From NCBI GenBank assembly GCA_029856435.1, contig JAHQXB010000143.1, forward strand, positions 1 through 64,000: DNA of 64,000 bases, written 5' to 3'. The notes beneath the pieces are model-generated. The model ran no database searches. It had not been told where the DNA came from and worked only from the letters and a program-made list of their open reading frames with translations. Made by a program: the position numbers and the translations under genes. Of the stretch, positions 56,995 to 64,000 are shown one piece after another. This DNA comes from Candidatus Jordarchaeia archaeon (GTDB lineage: Archaea; Asgardarchaeota; Jordiarchaeia; Jordiarchaeales; Jordiarchaeaceae). Position 1 is the first letter of the stretch, and each line of letters begins with the position of its first letter.

Positions 56995-58593
56995 TTATGG
57001 GAGGTCTGGTAACCATACTCCCAGCTTTAGCCTCTTTATCTTTTCTGAGCATTTCATAGCTTTTTCCCTGTTTCCCAGTTGCTGGTAGAGGTTCGCTGCC
57101 TTCTCCAAATATTTCATAGCGTTTTTGGCGTCGTTTAGTTTGATGTAAATGTTCCCCATATTGTACAGTGTCGCTGCCATAATTTCGTTATCTTTGGTTT
57201 TTTGGGCGTATTTTATTGTTTCCTCCGATGGGCTAAGCGCCTCTTTGTACTTTTCCATTCTTATGTAGGCTAGTGAAATATTGTAGTAGCAGCGGCCTAT
57301 TTTCTGGTTTTCCCCTATTTTTTGGAAGTGCTTTATGGCTTCTTCAAAGTGGATGATGGCTTCCTTGTATCTGTTCAGGTGAACCAGTTGTCCACCTATG
57401 TTCATCTGAGCGTTTCCTATACTTTCCTCGTCTTTAGCTTGCGTGTATATTTCAAGGGCTTTTATGTAGGTTTCAAGCGACTGATCGTGGATTTTGAGTT
57501 CATTGTAGGCTCTTCCCATTTTGTAGTACCAGTTTCCAAGCGTTTGGGGCGGTTCTCCCTCCATCAATGGAATGCTCTTCTCTAATTCTTCAAGCATTTC
57601 ATGCCACATTCCCAACTCGTCATACAGATTTACCAGTTGAACGTACGAGTATACCAAAGTCTCCCTGTTTCGGAGCTCTTCAAGAATTGGTATAGCTTTC
57701 CTCAAGTGTTCTGCTGCGCTGATTTTCTCTCCCAGTTTTATTTGGGCTCGAGCAGCGTTCACGTAGGTACTCGCTAGGATGGCTTTGTCGCCCCCTTGCT
57801 CCAAAATTTCAATGGCCTTTTTGGAATATTCGAACATATTTTTGTAGTCTCCCAGTTCTCCATAGCAGTATCCTATCTGGGCATAGGAAGAAGCGATTCT
57901 CTCCTGCCGATTTACTTTTTCGTAGTAGGTAATCGCCCTCTTTAACCAGTCAATAGCGGCAATGTTCCTGTTCAATTTCTGTTCAGAGTAACCCATGTAG
58001 TAGTAGCAGTCTCCAACATAGCCTTCTGCCTGAACCCTCTCAAGATATGGTATAGCCTTCTCACAGGCCTTTATGGCAGGCTTATACTTCTTTAGTAGAA
58101 AATAACGCATAGCAACGCTCAGATAGGATAGACCCACCATTTTAGTGTTGTCTGCTTTCATAAAATAGGGTATGGCCTTCTCGTGTCGTTCTACAGACTT
58201 CTCCCTCTCTCCAAGGAGATCGTAGGCTACACCCAATTGGAAATAAGCCATGCCCAGCCACGGCTCATCCCTAGCATTTTTAATGGCACTCTCAAAACAA
58301 CCTACCGCCTTCTCAGGACGGTCAAGCTTGCTAAAAGCCAATCCAGCATTAAAGTAGCAGAATCCTATTGTGTCGGTTTTGCCCTTAGTTGCAACTCCCT
58401 CGGCTCCATTTATCGCTGCTTTCAGATAACAGTCCCGCGCCTTATTCTGGTCACCGCGTTCTTGGAAAGCGTTACCTGCCTTCAAGTAGAGCTCGCTGGC
58501 TTTAGCATAATCACCTGCCTTCTCCGCTTCCTCAGCATTTTTCAATAGTTCTTCACTCAAACACATATCCTCCAAATAATCAGACACTTTCAA
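56995..58593 (-). CDS. Tetratricopeptide repeat protein
   Basis: About 12 TPR units of about 40 aa (A.AY...G..Y...G.Y..A...Y.KA). Confidence 0.92.
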   Translation of the reverse strand: MKVSDYLEDMCLSEELLKNAEEAEKAGDYAKASELYLKAGNAFQERGDQNKARDCYLKAAINGAEGVATKGKTDTIGFCYFNAGLAFSKLDRPEKAVGCFESAIKNARDEPWLGMAYFQLGVAYDLLGEREKSVERHEKAIPYFMKADNTKMVGLSYLSVAMRYFLLKKYKPAIKACEKAIPYLERVQAEGYVGDCYYYMGYSEQKLNRNIAAIDWLKRAITYYEKVNRQERIASSYAQIGYCYGELGDYKNMFEYSKKAIEILEQGGDKAILASTYVNAARAQIKLGEKISAAEHLRKAIPILEELRNRETLVYSYVQLVNLYDELGMWHEMLEELEKSIPLMEGEPPQTLGNWYYKMGRAYNELKIHDQSLETYIKALEIYTQAKDEESIGNAQMNIGGQLVHLNRYKEAIIHFEEAIKHFQKIGENQKIGRCYYNISLAYIRMEKYKEALSPSEETIKYAQKTKDNEIMAATLYNMGNIYIKLNDAKNAMKYLEKAANLYQQLGNREKAMKCSEKIKRLKLGVWLPDLP

Positions 58594-59182
58594 ATTGGGT
58601 TTGATTTGATGAAAAGATTTTTTGGCGAATTCAAAATTCCGTTGTCTCTAAAGGTTATATGCTTTTGTTTTTCTACCCATTTCTTCAAATTCTAAATAGA
58701 TGTCTTTATTCATTTCTATATACATTTATAAAGCGAATTCTTATTATCTTTACCATTAATGCACGCTCTTAACCAGAACCCTAACCTTACCAGTTAATTT
58801 TCGGAATTAAAGGGTGATTTTAAGGATTATGACTGATGGCTTATTATCATAGGTTTTTTCGCATTTTTATCTAAAAAATAAAAATAAAACTAATTTTTTA
58901 ACTATTCAAAATATTTTCCTGTAGCGTATAGCGGATAATTTTACCACAATATCTTTATATTTATGTTCATTTTCGTGTACCCGAAGGATGCGCTAAGAAA
59001 CAATAGTTTTTTCTCCACACCTCTCTTCTCCCCCCAAACTGCTTTTTTACCACCCTTCTTGGCGCATCCTTATTCTCCTTCTAAATTCTCCACCCGTAGA
59101 AAGGTATCACCCATCGGAAATAAAATACCTTTTATGAATTTCATAAAAACTATTGCTAACAACTCTTTAACATTTAAATTCT

Positions 59183-59371
59183 CTAAAAAGAGACAAAGGA
59201 CTCTACTATTATGTAGCTTCTTTTAAAGACTGGATCTGGGTGAGGGGGATTAGCGCTCGGAACTTGCCACTTCAGAACGTTTTCCACCGGTGATTTAATC
59301 CCCAATTCACGGTAGCGCTCGACACTTTCTGGTGTGAGTTTCTCGTTCTTGGGTGTGTTTTCTCTATCCAA
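59183..59371 (-). CDS. Small hypothetical protein
   Basis: 62-aa TTG-start ORF with protein-like composition; weak RBS. Confidence 0.35.
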   Translation of the reverse strand: MDRENTPKNEKLTPESVERYRELGIKSPVENVLKWQVPSANPPHPDPVFKRSYIIVESFVSF

Positions 59372-59722
59372 TTGGTGGCAGTATGTTTCAACATAAATGA
59401 GGTGCGGTTGGTTTTGAAGCTGCAGTTTATATAGCTTGTTGAATATTAACTCCTTTTTTGTTGCTGTACTTCCAAATAAATATCTAATGAGAAAAGGGTT
59501 AAGTTAAATATTAAAAAAAGTATATTTTTATGATGATAAAGTTTTTTTATAAATTATTGTAATAAATATGTATTTGCAAAAGGTTTAAAAAACATTTAGG
59601 TAAATATTATTTCACCGAACTCACGGCGGGAGTGTTAAACCAGCTGGTAGATGGGGTAAACTCCTAATTTAGGCGAAAATTTTTGTGGTGAGTTCCTAAT
59701 AAATGTTAATGAGGAAAACTAG

Positions 59723-60148
59723 TTGATTCACGCGGTTTGGATACTCAAAAATACGGGAGAAACCCTCCTAAATGTTACCTTCGAAAAGCTTAAGCTGGCA
59801 CAGGGGGATCCTGTGTTACTGGGCGGGCTCTTTTCAGCACTATCAGAAATGGCTAGACAGAATGTTGGAGACCTCACCACAATCAACATAACAATAGGCG
59901 AAATGAAACTCTCCTTCACCTTTTCCAAAACTGTGATAGTTGTAGTTGCGGGCGATACAGAAGATGAGGCTAAAAAATTTGGAATTGAAATAGAAAAGGC
60001 CTTCAATCAAAAGTATGCACAGATTTTGGATAAATGGGATGGTAACATTGGAATATTTAAAGAATTCCTCCCCGAAATCCACAAGTTGTACCAAAAACAT
60101 GGCTCCCTAGAATCAGATATAGAAGAATTCTTCCGTTCCCTAGAATAA
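59723..60148 (+). CDS. Longin-domain protein
   Basis: MIHAVWIL...G..L, DPVLLGGLFSAL, IEKAF..KY...L..WDG....FKEF Asgard longin pattern. Confidence 0.8.
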   Translation: MIHAVWILKNTGETLLNVTFEKLKLAQGDPVLLGGLFSALSEMARQNVGDLTTINITIGEMKLSFTFSKTVIVVVAGDTEDEAKKFGIEIEKAFNQKYAQILDKWDGNIGIFKEFLPEIHKLYQKHGSLESDIEEFFRSLE

Positions 60149-60450
60149 TGCAGTATTGGCACTCCCCGCGATTAGGAGTTGGAAGCCTTCCCGCCAACGA
60201 TTCCTGTAAAGTCTCTGTCAGGCGAGACAGGTTTTAAAGCCTTCAAGCACGTTTATAGACTGCTCCTCAGAGTTTTTATCCCTTCACTATTTTATTTTGC
60301 GTAAGCTCTACGAAAATCAAATAAACCTTGGTGGAAAAGCACTGTAATAGTACATTTTTTTGGAGGTTTAAGGTGTTCCTAATAATTAGGTATTCTTATT
60401 ATTTTTCTAGTTAGAATAATTGTTTCCAAGAAATTTTGGAGGTTTGAAAA

Positions 60451-61164
60451 ATGCACAAAATTGAAAAAGAGAAACTCAAAAATCCGCCTAGGGTAGTTGG
60501 AAGGCTGGCTGCTTCTATTATAATTTCTGGAGTGATAAGCCTAATTCCCATAATGTTAGCCTCATACTTTATGGTTAATTATCTGAATTTACCCCTCTAC
60601 GTCCTAATTGGGTTAACGCCTCTCTACTACGTTATGACCAAATGGATTTTCAACCTAGTCATTCTCATAGTGGTGAGAGCCCAGTTAAAACCAGTAGAGG
60701 AAGGACTCCACCCAGTTGACATGAGGAACAAAACAGTTAGAAACTGGTTAATTAACGCTTCACTGACAAACGCCGCAATTTATTTTATGGGAAAACCCCC
60801 CCTAGGCCAGACCCTATTTAACACCTTCGTCTACAAACGCCTAAAGGCCAAAATGGGTCCGGGAGCCACAGCGGACAAAATATCTGATCCCTACCTTATA
60901 GAAATGGGCACTAGTGCAGTAGCTGGAGCGAACTCATTCCTAATACCTCACATTTCCGACCGCGACAACCTCTACCTCAAAAAAATAAAACTTGGCGACG
61001 GAGCAGTAGTAGGAGTAAATAGCGTAGTTTTTCCAGGCGCAGAAATAGGAGAAGGCGCAGTCGTGGGAGCATTCTCCTACGTACCCAGAGACACAAAGAT
61101 TCCCCCATACACCTTCTGGGCAGGGGTACCAGCAAAACAAATCTCACCCAAAACCAGCAAATAA
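60451..61164 (+). CDS. Membrane-anchored hexapeptide-repeat (LbH) acyltransferase-like protein
   Basis: 2 TM followed by IKLGDGAVVGVNSVVFPGAEIGEGAVVGAFS, WAGVPA. Confidence 0.85.
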   Translation: MHKIEKEKLKNPPRVVGRLAASIIISGVISLIPIMLASYFMVNYLNLPLYVLIGLTPLYYVMTKWIFNLVILIVVRAQLKPVEEGLHPVDMRNKTVRNWLINASLTNAAIYFMGKPPLGQTLFNTFVYKRLKAKMGPGATADKISDPYLIEMGTSAVAGANSFLIPHISDRDNLYLKKIKLGDGAVVGVNSVVFPGAEIGEGAVVGAFSYVPRDTKIPPYTFWAGVPAKQISPKTSK

Positions 61165-61388
61165 AGTATAACACAATGCAACAAGGAAACAGTAACACTC
61201 AACAATCATAACCTTCATATTTCAATACAAATAATTACAAAACTTTGTGACGGGTGTTAAATTAGGGCTTATGCCCATTCTCCAAATTATGAGTCGCAAA
61301 AAGCAAATTCACCCAAAAATAAAGAGAAAAATAAAGTATGGAGATGTAAGGTAACAAGTTAGCATAGATACAATTTTTCCTTCGCGAG

Positions 61389-62087
61389 GTGGCATATGTG
61401 AATAGGGCGCATGAAGTTTATGAAGGAATATACCTCATTGGAGGCTCAGATATTACACACAGCGCTGATTGTAGTGTGTATCTGGTTGACTGTGGAAAAG
61501 ACACGCTTGTTTTAATAGATTCTGGCGCGGGACCCAGCTACAATCTGCTGGTAGATAATGCTGGCTCACTAGGATTTGACCTCACTAATCTCAAAGCCTT
61601 AATACTCACACATAAACACGTAGACCACATAGGTGGAGCGGCCAAATTTAGAAAAAACTATGGATGCAAGGTAATAGCCCACGAGTTGGACGCAAAAGGC
61701 ATAGAGGAAGGAGAAAGATTCCTAACAGGAGCCGAAGCCTATGGCATAATTCTTGAACCCTGCCCAATAGATATAAAGTTAAATCAACCAGAAACCAGAA
61801 TCACGTTCGGCAAACTTGAATTCAACCTCATATGGACACCTGGACACACCCCCGGAAGCATATCTGTAGTGGTAGATGTGAAAGGAAAACGCGTCCTTTT
61901 TGGCCAAGACATTCACGGGCCACTCATACCCGCCTGGGGGGCAGACATTGAAAAGTACAGAGAGTCTATGAAAAAACTAATCAACCAAAAAGCAGACATA
62001 CTCTGCGAGGGACACTTCGGCGTTTACCAACCCGCAGACAAGGTCAAAAAATACATTGAGGGCTACCTCAAACAATACTCCCATTAA
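61389..62087 (+). CDS. Metallo-beta-lactamase fold hydrolase
   Basis: THKHVDHIGG, TPGHTPGS, GQD, CEGH. Confidence 0.9.
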   Translation: MAYVNRAHEVYEGIYLIGGSDITHSADCSVYLVDCGKDTLVLIDSGAGPSYNLLVDNAGSLGFDLTNLKALILTHKHVDHIGGAAKFRKNYGCKVIAHELDAKGIEEGERFLTGAEAYGIILEPCPIDIKLNQPETRITFGKLEFNLIWTPGHTPGSISVVVDVKGKRVLFGQDIHGPLIPAWGADIEKYRESMKKLINQKADILCEGHFGVYQPADKVKKYIEGYLKQYSH

Positions 62088-62259
62088 TATGCAAAAATTT
62101 CTGCGCGCAACAAAATAGCAGAAAATGAGTGAATTCAAGCAACTCACAAGTTAAATGCCCCCCATCCTCTCTTTTTAGAATGTTTGATATTTTCCCCCAC
62201 TCCAATCCACTTACATGAAGATATTCACAGATGCTTTTTTGTCCTGACATTTTTTTAAA

Positions 62260-62985
62260 TTATGTTTGCAATATGCGGTTCGACTTTTCACAGGGGGGAG
62301 GCCTTATTTTTCCTAGAAGGAGATACAGCTTTAAATACTGTTCTTTTGCCCGATTTCTTGAACGCTCCTCTTTAACTATTTGAGTTTCGCCCTCCCTTAA
62401 AGCATTTTTCACGGATTCTATTGAAAGCCCATTAGTATTTATAGCGGTAATCGCATTTCCAACATCGTCCGCGATATGGGCATCGCTGCAGGCAATCATG
62501 GGTAATCCCAACTTTAACGCCAACTCCTTCGCTTTTTTATTGTGACGTGAGAGCATTCTAGAATTAAATACTTCTATTGCGTCAAATGCGAGTTTTTCAA
62601 CTAGGGCTTCACCGATTCCTTCACGACTGTAGGGGTGAGGAGCAATCAGTACCGCTCCTATTTCTCTCATTTTTTCTACAGCTTCATCTGCGGTAATAGT
62701 CCTACTTTTTATATTGACCTCTTCTAGCACCCCCAGTGCCAAAATGTCTCCCTCTTTGGTTTTAATTTCTAAACTGGGGATTACCAAAAAATCTTTTTTT
62801 ATTTCTCTAGCAACTTTAGCTGCAACTAAACCTCCTCTAGTTGTGTTGTGGTCTGAAACTGCTATTCCGTCAAGCCCTGCCATAATTGCTGCTTCAACCA
62901 TCTCTTTTGGAGTGTTTAAGCAGTCAAATCCCCATCTTTCATGTTTAGAATAACATGTGTGGATGTGAAGATCAAATTTCTTCAT
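62260..62985 (-). CDS. PHP domain protein
   Basis: DLHIHT, SDHN, APHPY, EVFN, SDAH. Confidence 0.92.
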   Translation of the reverse strand: MKKFDLHIHTCYSKHERWGFDCLNTPKEMVEAAIMAGLDGIAVSDHNTTRGGLVAAKVAREIKKDFLVIPSLEIKTKEGDILALGVLEEVNIKSRTITADEAVEKMREIGAVLIAPHPYSREGIGEALVEKLAFDAIEVFNSRMLSRHNKKAKELALKLGLPMIACSDAHIADDVGNAITAINTNGLSIESVKNALREGETQIVKEERSRNRAKEQYLKLYLLLGKIRPPPCEKSNRILQT

Positions 62986-63215
62986 CGCCGTCCTAACTCG
63001 TCAAAACCGGTTTCAAACTTGCATCAACATTTTCACAAGATTTTTTATTTTAGAAATTTTTCTTGACGCATAGTGGTTTGGGGCTCCCATATCTTCAGAG
63101 ATCAATTATATAGCAATCAAAATTGTTTATGCGCCAGTTAAGATGATGGGACTATGCTTCACATTTTATCCCTTTTACACCTCTTTATTTTTTGTGTTTA
63201 ATTTGTTGCTTCTTG

Positions 63216-63902
63216 CTAAATTGATTCTACTCCTTTTGAAACATTTATTTTTTTATAAATTTCAATTGCTCTCATTATGATAGTTATAGTGGTTATTGCT
63301 ACAATGATTAGCAGGGTGTAAAGCACCAGAGTTGAGGTTATCACGCTTAGAAGTGAGCCGACCATTACCACAAAAAGTCTTATGTCTCTGTTAGCCAGGT
63401 AGTGTGCGACTTTCCCCTCAAAAAAAGTTTTGCTGATATTGTTTGCTAGAAGGCGAGTATAGCTAACTAGGATGGAGCCTAATATGGCGAATAATCCTAT
63501 GAGTATAGTGTGTTGCCCTCCTTCATGTTTAAATGCGTAAAGGGTCATTCCCATAAATATTGCTGAGTCAGCGTATCTATCTAATATGGAGTCTAGAAAT
63601 CCTCCAAAGGGGGTCATCCGGCGGGTCAATTTGGCTAAATCTCCATCTATGCCATCGATTATTGAGGATAACTGTGCAAGAATTCCACCCAGCCAAGCAA
63701 ATTCTAGGGCGAAGAACAATCCAGAAGCTAAAGCTACTAGGGTGCCTATCATTGTTACCATGTTTGGCGTGACCTTTGGATGCCTAGCCAGAAACGACGC
63801 TAAGGATCTCGAAAGCCTCCTATTAACGTACTGAGAAACTATACCATCCCACTTCTCCGGCATCCAAGTCACCAAGAATACTATTCGCATAGTTGAGATC
63901 AT
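63216..63902 (-). CDS. CDP-alcohol phosphatidyltransferase (archaetidylinositol-phosphate/DIPP synthase-like)
   Basis: TPNMVT, DGIDGDLAK..T.FGGFLDSILDRYAD, SYTR. Confidence 0.92.
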   Translation of the reverse strand: MISTMRIVFLVTWMPEKWDGIVSQYVNRRLSRSLASFLARHPKVTPNMVTMIGTLVALASGLFFALEFAWLGGILAQLSSIIDGIDGDLAKLTRRMTPFGGFLDSILDRYADSAIFMGMTLYAFKHEGGQHTILIGLFAILGSILVSYTRLLANNISKTFFEGKVAHYLANRDIRLFVVMVGSLLSVITSTLVLYTLLIIVAITTITIIMRAIEIYKKINVSKGVESI

Positions 63903-64000
63903 TTAGTGTATCAATATCCAGCCAGAAGCTCCCAGAGATATCTAAACCTCTGATGGGAAAACCGTAATCCTTAACCAGAAATTTTATAGAATCCGTTAGG

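Noticed and set aside
1459-63834. Numerous 60-160 aa ORFs antisense to or nested in recognised genes
   Set aside because: Shadow frames with no RBS or recognisable motifs.

Overview
Archaeal chromosomal DNA, most likely from an Asgard (Asgardarchaeota) lineage. This is inferred from a gelsolin-like protein, roadblock and longin proteins, an Rpo5 with an N-terminal jaw-like domain, tetraether lipid synthase and GGAGGTGA-type RBSs with frequent TTG/GTG starts. Coding content is mostly housekeeping and metabolic: MoxR/VWA, two ABC exporters, TrmI, AmmeMemoRadiSam, two Ino1 paralogs, a DUF5814-type helicase, an E1-like ThiF, FrhB-like, Tes, FadH-like OYE, PyrF, GlyA, an AOR-MoaD cluster and a CDP-alcohol phosphotransferase. 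I saw no rRNA, tRNA, cas or transposase gene. The most interesting signal is non-coding. (1) A 108-bp hairpin MITE occurs twice; one copy fuses a decayed membrane ORF in frame to a HEAT-repeat gene. (2) A ~300-bp GG-bounded structured element occurs twice. One copy sits inside the last Gly codon of moaD, and exact excision restores the GG-stop. The other copy carries a nested 178-bp MITE with perfect TIRs and a 3-bp TSD. (3) There is an orphan single-spacer CRISPR-like mini-array. (4) There is an unexplained ~190-nt multibranch RNA-like fold. (5) There is a kb-scale alternating GT/AC skew that is independent of gene orientation. All alignments and folds were done by eye and need computational confirmation.
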